Both the position numbers and the translations under genes were made by a program. A stretch of 24,175 bases of DNA from a virus (Duplodnaviria; Caudoviricetes): the IMG/VR virus record IMGVR_UViG_3300038406_000097, positions 1 to 24,175 of that record. The stretch is one strand, 5' to 3'. Position 1 is the first letter of the stretch; each line of letters begins with the position of its first letter. The notes beneath the pieces were generated by a model. It was not told where the DNA came from. It was given only the letters and a program-made list of their open reading frames with translations, and did not search any database. Of the stretch, positions 8,194 through 16,932 are shown piece after piece.

Positions 8194-8223
8194 TTGAGGT
8201 CCTACTAGGGTTTACTATATAAT
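8194..8223 (+). promoter_or_regulatory. Sigma70/SigA-type promoter for the recombination-replication operon
   Basis: TTGAGG (8194-8199), 18-nt spacer, TATAAT (8218-8223); followed by AAGGAGGAGG and the exonuclease gene. Confidence 0.7.
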
Positions 8224-8246
8224 AGAAATAGCACAAGAAGGAGGAG

Positions 8247-9575
8247 GTGTTCACCATTTTCCCCCCGGTTGCTGACGAGTCTGTCGGAGTTAATGAGTTA
8301 ATCCGATTGAAACTCGTCCACAGTATTCATACGTCGGAGCGTATGTCTTTTCGTGGTTGTCGTAGGCGACATCAGTGGACCTTTGTTGAGGGTTACTACC
8401 CTTTGGTGACCCCCAAGCCGCTTGAATTCGGTGCAGCCTTCCACATCGGTATGGAAACGTACTATAACCCGAAGACTTGGCACGACAAGGCTACGGCAGC
8501 AGCCCTTGCGCAAGCTGCATTTGTTCGTGCTTGCAAAGAGCAATATAATGCATATGTCAAGCTTAATCAGGGGAATGTCAATCCCGAGGCTAGGACTGAT
8601 TACGCAGAACGAATTGAGCTTGGCAAGGGCATGCTCAAGTACTACACTACCTGGATCTCTCCGCAGTACGATACCAACTTCAAACCCGTCAAGGTTGAGA
8701 TATCCTTTGAGGTCCCGATTAGGGATCCCGAAGGCAACTACATGTACTGCAAGTGTGGTCGATGCTGGCATCGCTGGACATCCTCTGACCATGGCCGTGA
8801 GTATATTCGCTCGACTATGGAGGCCTGTAAGACTTGTACTACCGAACGGGATGAGGAAGGCTGGCGGGAAGGGCACTGGGTAGGACTTCCTGTCACCTAC
8901 GGTGGTCGCATCGATATGCTAGCTGAGGACGAGGAGGGTCGCTATTGGGTCTTCGACTGGAAGACGGCTGCGCGGATGGCTGGCACACCTATGGATGAAT
9001 CTCCGTATGCCGATGACGAGTTTATGCTACTCGATGATCAGATCACCTCATACTGTTGGGCGCTCTGGACATTAGGGCTTCAAGTTGCAGGGTTCGTGTA
9101 TGCGCAAATCAAAAAAGCGGTGCCAGTTGAGCCTGAACCTAACAAGACCATACGGCTTGGTCGACTGTATTCCGTCAACAGGCAGCAACCTACTACGTAC
9201 GCGATGTACAAGCAAACTGTGGCCGAGAACGATACCAATGCGTACGAAGAGGGTTTGTACGACAACTTCCTCGAGTTCCTAAAGAGCTCTGAGGGTCCAC
9301 GTTTCCACATTCGCCACCAAATCTTCAGGTCGGAGACTGAACTTCGAAACGCTGGCTTTAACATCTGGCAAGAAGCTTGTGACATGCTTGATCCGAAGTT
9401 ACGTATTTATCCGTCTCCAGGAAGGTTTGCCTGCAACTTTTGCGCCTTCAAGGAACCTTGTCTGGCCAAGAATAAAGGCGAAGACTACCAGTACACGCTC
9501 AACACTCTGTACGAAAAGCGTGACCGTCACTACTGGGAAATCAAACCAAGCACTGACAGTCGAGGAGGACGATGA
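8247..9575 (+). CDS. Cas4/RecB-like PD-(D/E)XK exonuclease (phage recombination nuclease)
   Basis: N-terminal HTSE..SFRGCRRR, FGAAFH, VEISFEVPI, GRIDML...FDWKT, DQITSY, C-terminal CNFCAFKEPC (1+3 Cys Fe-S staple pattern). Exact start uncertain. Confidence 0.88.
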   Translation: MFTIFPPVADESVGVNELIRLKLVHSIHTSERMSFRGCRRRHQWTFVEGYYPLVTPKPLEFGAAFHIGMETYYNPKTWHDKATAAALAQAAFVRACKEQYNAYVKLNQGNVNPEARTDYAERIELGKGMLKYYTTWISPQYDTNFKPVKVEISFEVPIRDPEGNYMYCKCGRCWHRWTSSDHGREYIRSTMEACKTCTTERDEEGWREGHWVGLPVTYGGRIDMLAEDEEGRYWVFDWKTAARMAGTPMDESPYADDEFMLLDDQITSYCWALWTLGLQVAGFVYAQIKKAVPVEPEPNKTIRLGRLYSVNRQQPTTYAMYKQTVAENDTNAYEEGLYDNFLEFLKSSEGPRFHIRHQIFRSETELRNAGFNIWQEACDMLDPKLRIYPSPGRFACNFCAFKEPCLAKNKGEDYQYTLNTLYEKRDRHYWEIKPSTDSRGGR

Positions 9576-9925
9576 TGGCAAAGAAGGTGTGGTACAAGAC
9601 GCGTGTTGAGAAAAACCTTGCTGAGATGCGACGCTGTCAATTGGTGGCAGAAGGGTCTCGTGACCTAGTATTTGCCATCCGCGCAGCAACCGCCCGCGAT
9701 CGTAATCGTTCGGGAGTCGAATTGGACCTCGACTGCCTAGCTGATCCGGAGTACAAAGCGGCCATTGCTGACAACCAGTGGTATATGCAGCAGACAATCA
9801 TGTATGCTAATACAGCACAGACTGAAATGCGGCTACTGGCGCTGGAACGCTCCAACGTTATTCCTTTCCAACGTAAAAAGGACACCGTCGAGGATTTGTT
9901 GAATAGTGTTTACCCTCTTCGATAA
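9572..9925 (+). CDS. Hypothetical phage protein
   Basis: GAGGAGG RBS; ATGA coupling. Confidence 0.75.
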   Translation: MMAKKVWYKTRVEKNLAEMRRCQLVAEGSRDLVFAIRAATARDRNRSGVELDLDCLADPEYKAAIADNQWYMQQTIMYANTAQTEMRLLALERSNVIPFQRKKDTVEDLLNSVYPLR

Positions 9926-9936
9926 GGAGTCTCTCG

Positions 9937-10806
9937 TTGACAACAGAAGTTCTAACTCCCAATTCCTTTGCAGGCCTTACTGTTGGTAAGGCACAGATCC
10001 AAACGCCCAACATCAGTCTCCTTATCTATGGTCGGTCCTCGGTGGGTAAGACTACCTTAGCTGGGTCTGCTGATGCTGTTCCTGAGATGCGTAAGGTACT
10101 AGTTATCGATGCAGAATCAGGTACACTGGCTTTAAGAAAGACCAACTACAATGTTGACGTGATCAAGATAACTTCTTGGGAACAAATCAAGGAGATATAC
10201 GCAGCGTTGTACGCTGGTGGCCATGGGTACAATACAGTCATCTTGGACTCACTCACGGAGATCCAGGAACTCAATATGGCTTACATCATGCATACGATGA
10301 AGGATGACCCTGACAACGTCGAGAGAGACCCAGACATACCAGGGTGGCACGAATGGAACAAGAGCGGAAAGCATATTAAACAGCTCATCCGCTTGTTCCG
10401 CGATCTCCCAATCAACGTCATTTTCACCGCTCTGATGAAAGAAGATAAGGACAACAAGACCGGCGTCGTTATGAAGCTACCTGATTTGCCTGGTAAATTG
10501 GCTCATAAGGTGGCTGCACTATTCGATATCGTCTTGTACTACACCATTGTCGAGAGAGAGGAGGGCGGCTCCGTCCGTGTATTGGCATCGCAGGCTGGCA
10601 GTAATACGGTTGCCAAGAACCGTGGGTCGGATGATCTCCCAGCCATATTGGAGATTCCCCATCCCAATGAGGCCTCTGCGTTGTCTATCATCTACCCAAA
10701 AATTGTTGGGGCAATTGCGAGTTCTCTTACCAACGATGCCGAGAGGCGCCGTCTCGTGGCTATTGAGAGGGAACGGGCATCTGAGGAAGACGGTATCCTC
10801 GCGTAG
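9937..10806 (+). CDS. Sak4/AAA_24-like RecA-fold ATPase (single-strand annealing recombinase)
   Basis: LLIYGRSSVGKTT Walker A, VIDAESG, VILDSLT Walker B, VIFTA, AKNR; sits between exonuclease and SSB; TTG start with AAGGAG RBS. Confidence 0.85.
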   Translation: MTTEVLTPNSFAGLTVGKAQIQTPNISLLIYGRSSVGKTTLAGSADAVPEMRKVLVIDAESGTLALRKTNYNVDVIKITSWEQIKEIYAALYAGGHGYNTVILDSLTEIQELNMAYIMHTMKDDPDNVERDPDIPGWHEWNKSGKHIKQLIRLFRDLPINVIFTALMKEDKDNKTGVVMKLPDLPGKLAHKVAALFDIVLYYTIVEREEGGSVRVLASQAGSNTVAKNRGSDDLPAILEIPHPNEASALSIIYPKIVGAIASSLTNDAERRRLVAIERERASEEDGILA

Positions 10807-10846
10807 TTTGGTTCTGTTCTGTTTACAACCGAGTTAGGAGTTAGCT

Positions 10847-11389
10847 GTGGATGACGGCATTCGCGTTAACATGACAGGCAAGGAAGGCAAGAGTCAGACC
10901 CTCGATCCGCTACCCGGTGGTAAGTTCCTGATGGCGATCACAGACTGTGACATAGAGCAGATCAAGCCTGGCGGACAAGCCAAGAAGGAGAACGTTGGCA
11001 AGCCAATGTTTGCCATTGAGCTCACTGTCCAGGATGGCGATTTCGAGAATCGCAAGGCATGGACTCGTGTCATGCTGTTCGATGGAGCCCTATACACCAT
11101 CTCGCAGATGCTTAAGGCTCAAGGCGTAGCAGTCACCGAGATGGGTGATAAGGCCGAGTTCCAGGTCGAAGGATACGCTAAGAACGTCATTCCTGGCGCT
11201 GCGTGGTGGATGGGCAAACTGTTCGTTGTCCGCCTCAAGTTTGTAGCCAAGAGTAAGGGCAAGGACGGTAAGGAGTACGACGATCGAAACGAGGTAAAAG
11301 GTTTTCAATCCCCCAAGGACTGGAAGCCTGGTACCAGCCCTAAGAAGGCTTCCGCAACCACCTCTGTCGGCCAATCTCTCCTCCCGTAA
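10847..11389 (+). CDS. Single-stranded DNA-binding protein (DUF669-like OB fold)
   Basis: DPLPGGKFLMAITDC...PMFAIELTVQDGDFENRKAW...DRNEVKGF; standard position downstream of Sak4. Confidence 0.75.
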   Translation: MDDGIRVNMTGKEGKSQTLDPLPGGKFLMAITDCDIEQIKPGGQAKKENVGKPMFAIELTVQDGDFENRKAWTRVMLFDGALYTISQMLKAQGVAVTEMGDKAEFQVEGYAKNVIPGAAWWMGKLFVVRLKFVAKSKGKDGKEYDDRNEVKGFQSPKDWKPGTSPKKASATTSVGQSLLP

Positions 11390-11395
11390 TAAGAC

Positions 11396-11618
11396 GTGGC
11401 AGCGGTAGCGAGTGAACGAGGCCAACGCTCTCAAGAAGTCGTTGGATAGCAACCAGTTACCGCTGCCACCTAGTCGTGGTAGGGCCGACGAGGTTACGAA
11501 AGCAAGCGCTGCGTGCAGGCCTAGTAATCTGATTTTGTCAGAGAAGAGCCGACCGATCCGAGTAGGCCACTCGGGAAGTTTGTGAGTAGTGCTCAGATTC
11601 GAGGTTCGGCCCTACCAC
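11396..11618 (+). ncRNA. Candidate two-domain structured RNA or ssDNA element between SSB and primase
   Basis: Stem 11396-11409/11456-11469 and perfect 13-bp stem 11476-11488/11606-11618, each enclosing internal hairpins. Confidence 0.5.
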
Positions 11619-11656
11619 CCCATAACCCTTCAATAGCTCCATCCCCCGGAGGTCTC

Positions 11657-13864
11657 GTGGTCGATCGCCGTGAAGGCTTCTTCAAGCTGCTCCTCTCCAC
11701 TGTTGGTGGGCATGTGTGCATTGCTACGAGGACGCCAGGTACCCACAAATTCGTCGAGCGCTTCTTCTACTGGCCTGACCAAGTAGATGAGATGCTTGCG
11801 TACGTTGAGAAGGTGCGCGAAGGTAACAACACCTACTTCTGTCCACAATTACTAGGCGACACTGACTTTCGGCGCGAAAGCGACGGAAAAGGTCCACGAG
11901 TCAAGGAAAACGTCATAGCATGTACCTGTCTCTGGGCAGATCTGGATACATGCAGCCCGGAGAAGCTACTCGTTAGACCGTCAATTGTGTTAGAAAGTTC
12001 TTATGGTAGGTACCAAAGCTTTTGGGTACTCGATAATTCCATGTCACCAACCCAGGCAGAAGACATTACCAGACGAATTACCTACCATCACGTACCTGAC
12101 GGCGCTGATAAGTCCGGATGGGACCTAACTCAGCTCATGCGAGTTCCTTTAACAAAGAACTACAACCATGAAGGCAATCCAACCGTCCGCGTTGAAGATG
12201 TCTACAATGCGAGATACCGCTCAGACGACTTTCAGGTGTACCCCGCCGCTTCGAAGAGAACAGGCGGAGGCATACCAATGCCTGATAAGGAACAAGTTCC
12301 GGTTATCGACAATCCCGTAGAATTCCTTCAAGATCGTCGTAAGCGGATCAACAGTGACGTTTTTCGCCTCTTTAGCGATGAACCCACGGAGAATTCGTGG
12401 AGTGAACCACTATGGAGACTGATGATGTTACTGTTTGAAGGTGGTCTATCACGCGAGGAAGTCCTCGCTATCGTTCAACGAGCCGCTTGTAACAAATATG
12501 GTAGGGATGGTAGACCAGAAAGACATCTGTGGGATGACATATGTCGTGCGTACATTAAGCACATGGAGAACACCAAAGCAGTTGTTGTTCCAGAACTCGA
12601 ATCGGTAGAACTACTCGACGAGGAGGAACTTATACGAGTCAGAGCACATTACACATTTGTTGAAAGGTACGTCGCGTGGGCTACAGGGCTAGGAGACGCC
12701 GCTCCGCAATACCACCAAGCGGGCGCATTTACGATCTTGAGCGCAATCCTGTCTGGGAGAGTCTCGCTTCCTACCTCATTCGGAAATATGATACCCAACC
12801 TGTGGTTCATGCTCCTCGCGGACACGACATTGACGAGGAAGAGCACAGCGATGGACATCGCCATGGACCTACTACTGGATATTGATTCGGACGTTATCAT
12901 GGCGACCGATGGTTCAATCGAAGGTCTTCTACAAGGGTTGTCAACACGCCCAGGAAGACCTTCAATTTTCCTGCGTGATGAGTTCTCCGGTCTGCTAGAG
13001 TCTATGACCAAGAAGGACTACATGGCAGGTATGGCTGAGATGTTCACTAAATTATACGATGGCAAGTTTCAAAAGCGACTCTTGCGAAAGGATCCAGTCG
13101 AAATCCGCGAGCCTGTCCTGATCCTGTTCACAGGTGGAATTCGCAACAGAGTACAGCAACTGCTATCACTCGATCATGTGTCATCAGGCTTTATCCCTCG
13201 ATTCGTCTTCCTGACAGCTGAATCAGACATCAGTCGAGTTAAGCCTCTTGGGCCACCGGTCGTAAGAGACAGGGAAGCTCGAGAAGAACTCCTGACAGAA
13301 GTACGTTCGTTGTACCTTCACTACACCCAAACCGTGAATATCAATGTCGAAGGTACGAGCATTCACATAGCACCACCTAGAAAGTGGTCCGCTCAGCTAA
13401 CACCTGAGGCATGGGCACGGTTCAACAAGTTGGAGGGGGTGTTAAATGATGCTGGAATGAAATCGGACAGACCTGACTTAATCACTCCGGTATACTCACG
13501 TTTAGCTATCTCCACACTGAAAGCTGCAACTTTGCTAGCAGCCTCCGAAACGCGCGAAGATGTTGTAGCAGTCGATGAGATTCACATACTCCACGCTATC
13601 TCTTTCGCAACTAGATGGCGAGGTTACGCTATCGATGTTATCAATGGTGTTGGCAAAACACAAAGCGAGCGAGACATCGAAAGAGTGTATGCCTCCATTC
13701 GTAAGAGTCCTGGTGTGAGTAGATCATCACTTATGCAGAGCTACCACCTTACGGCTCGCACTGCTGACTCTATATTCCAGACACTCGAGCAGAGAGGAAT
13801 GATAACGGGCAATAAATTCGGGAAGGGAACGACATACAGCCCAGTGGAAGGGGAGTTGGAATGA
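11657..13864 (+). CDS. Primase-helicase: RepB-like (AEP) primase + DUF3987-like P-loop domain + C-terminal wHTH
   Basis: CLWADLD, ESSYGRYQSFW and LMRVPLTKN (RepB primase motifs); NLWFMLLADTTLTRKST and LRDEFSG in the C-terminal ATPase domain; GGAGG before GTG 11657 (ORF open from 11582). Confidence 0.85.
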   Translation: MVDRREGFFKLLLSTVGGHVCIATRTPGTHKFVERFFYWPDQVDEMLAYVEKVREGNNTYFCPQLLGDTDFRRESDGKGPRVKENVIACTCLWADLDTCSPEKLLVRPSIVLESSYGRYQSFWVLDNSMSPTQAEDITRRITYHHVPDGADKSGWDLTQLMRVPLTKNYNHEGNPTVRVEDVYNARYRSDDFQVYPAASKRTGGGIPMPDKEQVPVIDNPVEFLQDRRKRINSDVFRLFSDEPTENSWSEPLWRLMMLLFEGGLSREEVLAIVQRAACNKYGRDGRPERHLWDDICRAYIKHMENTKAVVVPELESVELLDEEELIRVRAHYTFVERYVAWATGLGDAAPQYHQAGAFTILSAILSGRVSLPTSFGNMIPNLWFMLLADTTLTRKSTAMDIAMDLLLDIDSDVIMATDGSIEGLLQGLSTRPGRPSIFLRDEFSGLLESMTKKDYMAGMAEMFTKLYDGKFQKRLLRKDPVEIREPVLILFTGGIRNRVQQLLSLDHVSSGFIPRFVFLTAESDISRVKPLGPPVVRDREAREELLTEVRSLYLHYTQTVNINVEGTSIHIAPPRKWSAQLTPEAWARFNKLEGVLNDAGMKSDRPDLITPVYSRLAISTLKAATLLAASETREDVVAVDEIHILHAISFATRWRGYAIDVINGVGKTQSERDIERVYASIRKSPGVSRSSLMQSYHLTARTADSIFQTLEQRGMITGNKFGKGTTYSPVEGELE

Positions 13865-14718
13865 GTAAAAGTATTGCAGTAGTATCAGGCGGTCTTGATA
13901 GCACCACCATGATCTACCACCTTCGTGAGGAGGGTCATGAGCTTCACTTGCTGTCCTTCGACTATGGACAGCGACACAAGAAGGAACTCAAGTTCGCCAG
14001 CATCATCGCTCGCAACTTAGGACTGCGCCACGACATCATCGACCTCACGGGTATCACCCACCTGATTAGCAATAGCGCCCTTACCTCCCACAATATGTGT
14101 TGTTATTCAACCAAGGAGGAGTGCGACGCTAACGGTGGATGTGCCACGATCGAGGTCCCGGAGGGGCACTATGCCGAAGATACCATGAAGCTGACGGTGG
14201 TCCCCAACCGTAACATGATTATGCTTTCGATTGCAGCCGGCATCGCAGTCAACGAGAAAGCTGACTACGTCGCCACTGCTGTCCATGCTGGCGATCATGA
14301 TATCTACCCAGATTGTAGGCCTGCATTCATCGAGGCGGCGAACCGTGCGACTGTAGTTGGTAACGAAGGTCTTGGAATCTTTTCCGATTTTACTAGATTC
14401 TTCAATGCCAGAAGCAACATGCACCCATTCATCGATGCACCTTTCATACACTGGACCAAAACGGACATAGCTTTTCGCGCATTCGAGCTGAACGTTCCTC
14501 TACACATGACATGGAGCTGTTACAAAGGTAACGAGAAGCATTGCGGCCGCTGTGGGACTTGTGTTGAACGCCTCGAAGCTATCAGCGCAGCCCAAGACAT
14601 GATTCGCGCTCAGGGCTTCGCTATTGGCGGAACCGAATACATGGATCAAACAGAGTATGAAGATAACGAGTACTGGAAGACGGTGATAGTACATGAAGCG
14701 CGCAGTCGTCACGCTTAG
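13861..14718 (+). CDS. queC: 7-cyano-7-deazaguanine (preQ0) synthase
   Basis: SGGLDS PP-loop, FDYGQRH, VPNRN, YPDCR, TWSCY...CGRCGTC Zn site. Confidence 0.97.
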   Translation: MSKSIAVVSGGLDSTTMIYHLREEGHELHLLSFDYGQRHKKELKFASIIARNLGLRHDIIDLTGITHLISNSALTSHNMCCYSTKEECDANGGCATIEVPEGHYAEDTMKLTVVPNRNMIMLSIAAGIAVNEKADYVATAVHAGDHDIYPDCRPAFIEAANRATVVGNEGLGIFSDFTRFFNARSNMHPFIDAPFIHWTKTDIAFRAFELNVPLHMTWSCYKGNEKHCGRCGTCVERLEAISAAQDMIRAQGFAIGGTEYMDQTEYEDNEYWKTVIVHEARSRHA

Positions 14719-14926
14719 GGTTGAAGACGTCGAAAAGTTCCTTGACCTACCCGAAGGGGTGAGCATCGCCGGGCTACGCGACAACTGGCAAATGCTGGGT
14801 ATTGACGCACTACTTGAGGGTTCAAATCTTCCTGTGGAAGAACACGTTCCAGGCGCTGAGCCTCCCCATTTGCACCTAATTCGACATACTGCTGTTCGAC
14901 TGACATTGGAGATGAAGACGCAGTGA
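14693..14926 (+). CDS. Hypothetical phage protein
   Basis: Overlaps the queC end; GTGA-coupled to the next ORF. Confidence 0.6.
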   Translation: MKRAVVTLRVEDVEKFLDLPEGVSIAGLRDNWQMLGIDALLEGSNLPVEEHVPGAEPPHLHLIRHTAVRLTLEMKTQ

Positions 14927-15126
14927 AAACAGAAGAGAATCCCCTAAGCAGTGCGCAGCAAGTGCGAGCAGCTGCTTTGCGTGAGGCACGGGCTGTAATG
15001 GGTGACAAAACACCATTCACCAGTAGTGCCATAAATCCGATAGATCTCGTCGAGGTAGCTCAATGGATTGTGGATGGGCACAACACCTGGACAGATGCCC
15101 CCGCGGTTGTTTCACCAACATCATGA
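14923..15126 (+). CDS. Hypothetical phage protein
   Basis: GGAGATG upstream; fills the gap before queD. Confidence 0.6.
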   Translation: MKTEENPLSSAQQVRAAALREARAVMGDKTPFTSSAINPIDLVEVAQWIVDGHNTWTDAPAVVSPTS

Positions 15127-15591
15127 GTGGTAGGTGAAGAAGTGACATTCATTGCTGTACGGCATAACATAGAAGTGGCACATCGCCTCTATGAACTACC
15201 AGGCAAGTGCCAAAACATCCACGGCCACTCGATGTTGATAGAGATGCAATTGCATGGATATCCTAACAAGCATGGCGTACTGGAGGATCTACCCTTTGGA
15301 GACGTCAAAAAGAGGTTCCGTGCTCATCTAGACGAAGTCTTCGATCACCACCTACTCTTGAACGAGAACGATCCTTGGGCACACCCTCTAGCCCCAATTG
15401 GAGCGCCTATTGCTGACTATCGAATGTTGCCAGGGCTTGTAGTAATGCCAAACGATCCCACTACAGAAAATCTTGCTAGGTGGATCGCTGAGTGGTCCAT
15501 TAACGAATTCAACCTACACGTAGAAGTTACCGTCGATGAGACTGGTACCAATTCAGCTGGCTATATGATGGCCCCCAGAATCGGAGACTAG
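15127..15591 (+). CDS. queD: 6-carboxy-5,6,7,8-tetrahydropterin synthase
   Basis: AHRL, CQNIHGHS, FDHHLL, PTTENLA, ETGTNSA; true start possibly GTG 15142. Confidence 0.95.
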   Translation: MVGEEVTFIAVRHNIEVAHRLYELPGKCQNIHGHSMLIEMQLHGYPNKHGVLEDLPFGDVKKRFRAHLDEVFDHHLLLNENDPWAHPLAPIGAPIADYRMLPGLVVMPNDPTTENLARWIAEWSINEFNLHVEVTVDETGTNSAGYMMAPRIGD

Positions 15592-15592
15592 C

Positions 15593-15802
15593 ATGAACCT
15601 AAGGAAAATTGCCCTAGAACATCCAACGCGACCTAAGTACAATCCCACCATTCAGCTTGAGGGTCGTCCTATATACGGAACTACTGATCTGGGCGCGACA
15701 ATTCTTATAGCTGTTGCTCCCAAAGAATACCACTATATGGTAGCATCAGCTATCGCAGCGTGGTATAACTGCAAACTCGAAGGCGAGCCAACCATCACCT
15801 GA
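15593..15802 (+). CDS. Hypothetical phage protein
   Basis: GGAGA RBS; fills the queD-queE gap. Confidence 0.6.
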   Translation: MNLRKIALEHPTRPKYNPTIQLEGRPIYGTTDLGATILIAVAPKEYHYMVASAIAAWYNCKLEGEPTIT

Positions 15803-15824
15803 ATAGCCCTCTGGGGGAGGACTG

Positions 15825-16529
15825 ATGCGCGTATCGGAAGTCTATAGATCAATACAGGGAGAAGGGCCGAAAGTAGGATTACCCACAACTTTCCTTCGCT
15901 TTGCAGGTTGCAACTTGAGGTGTCCTAGTTGGCCTTGTGATACGCCTCATGCTATCTTTCCTGAGGAGTACAGGAAGGAGTGGACAACGGTGTCGCCAGA
16001 AGAACTCGCCAACGAGGTCATCACAATATCCGCACCCGGAGAAAATATCTGCTTTACGGGTGGTGAGCCTTTTCTCCAGCACAACGCACAACTGAAATGG
16101 TTGACAGACCACCTGCAAATTGCTGATCGCGGTCTCGAATGCTTTAGCAACGGAACACTCGTTATTCCAGAGTGGGCCTTCGAAAAGATCGACTTCGTCA
16201 TCGACTGGAAACTACCAGGCAGCGGAGAGATAAACTTCAATGCCGAAATCTTCCTAGCAAACCTCCACAGGGCGCTTGGGAGTTGGCAGGGTGCAAAGAG
16301 GCACTCACTTAAGTTTACTGTAGCCAGCTTCGACGACTTTGTCAAAGCTGTCGAACGACTCGATGCTAACAAGAAGCTAGAAGAGCTACAAGTCTTCGTC
16401 GGTCCGGTTTGGGGTAAGGTTGAACCTCGCGAGGTTGCTAGGTGGATACTCGAGTGGTACGATCTTGACTGGCGACTCAACCTCCAAACACACAAGTACA
16501 TCTGGAATCCGGATGCGAGGAGGACGTAG
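15825..16529 (+). CDS. queE: 7-carboxy-7-deazaguanine synthase (radical SAM)
   Basis: SIQGEG, FLRFAGCNLRCPSWPCDT, TGGEP, DWKLPGSG, LQTHKYIW; GGAGG RBS. Confidence 0.96.
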   Translation: MRVSEVYRSIQGEGPKVGLPTTFLRFAGCNLRCPSWPCDTPHAIFPEEYRKEWTTVSPEELANEVITISAPGENICFTGGEPFLQHNAQLKWLTDHLQIADRGLECFSNGTLVIPEWAFEKIDFVIDWKLPGSGEINFNAEIFLANLHRALGSWQGAKRHSLKFTVASFDDFVKAVERLDANKKLEELQVFVGPVWGKVEPREVARWILEWYDLDWRLNLQTHKYIWNPDARRT

Positions 16530-16596
16530 GCAAAGTCAGAGGCCCTGTGGAAGCCTTGCGGACAACCTAGACAGATTCGCAGATAGGAGTAGGTGA

Positions 16597-16932
16597 ATGA
16601 AGAAGCGTTATGTGATAACACGTAACCAGGCACCGTCTGTTGGCGCAAACGGCATTTCCAATGCGCGCCTGACTGATCAAGAGGTCGAGGAGCTCCGTAA
16701 GCAGGGGGCTCAGGTAGATCTGCGTAAGGATCTGGAAGTGGTACCCAATCGTGCAATGCTGCGAGCTCAAGGTTATGGTAAAAAGCCTGCACGTCGTAGG
16801 CGTACACGTAAGAGTAATGTGTTCACGACCATGGAGCAGCACTTTCGCCCTAACGGACTTACTCGAGGTAAGAAGCAGGTGTATCGCTTCCCGATTCCTC
16901 AGGGGATGTTTAGTAAGCAGGATCGAGCATGA
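16597..16932 (+). CDS. Basic hypothetical protein
   Basis: AGGAGTAGGTG RBS; Arg/Lys-rich (KKPARRRRTRK); ATGA-coupled to folE. Confidence 0.65.
   Translation: MKKRYVITRNQAPSVGANGISNARLTDQEVEELRKQGAQVDLRKDLEVVPNRAMLRAQGYGKKPARRRRTRKSNVFTTMEQHFRPNGLTRGKKQVYRFPIPQGMFSKQDRA

Noticed and set aside
8247-9575. CRISPR-Cas system suggested by the Cas4-like gene
   Set aside because: No repeat-spacer array or other cas genes; the exonuclease-Sak4-SSB context is the standard phage recombination module.
11476-11622. tRNA, hammerhead ribozyme or preQ1 riboswitch
   Set aside because: GGTTCG and a CCA near the 3' end are present but there is no cloverleaf with proper arm lengths; GAAA is present but no CUGANGA core; no preQ1-I stem plus A-rich tail was recognised.
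15947-16807. 286-aa minus-strand ORF
   Set aside because: Antisense shadow of queE with no recognisable motifs; the same applies to the other minus-strand ORFs.
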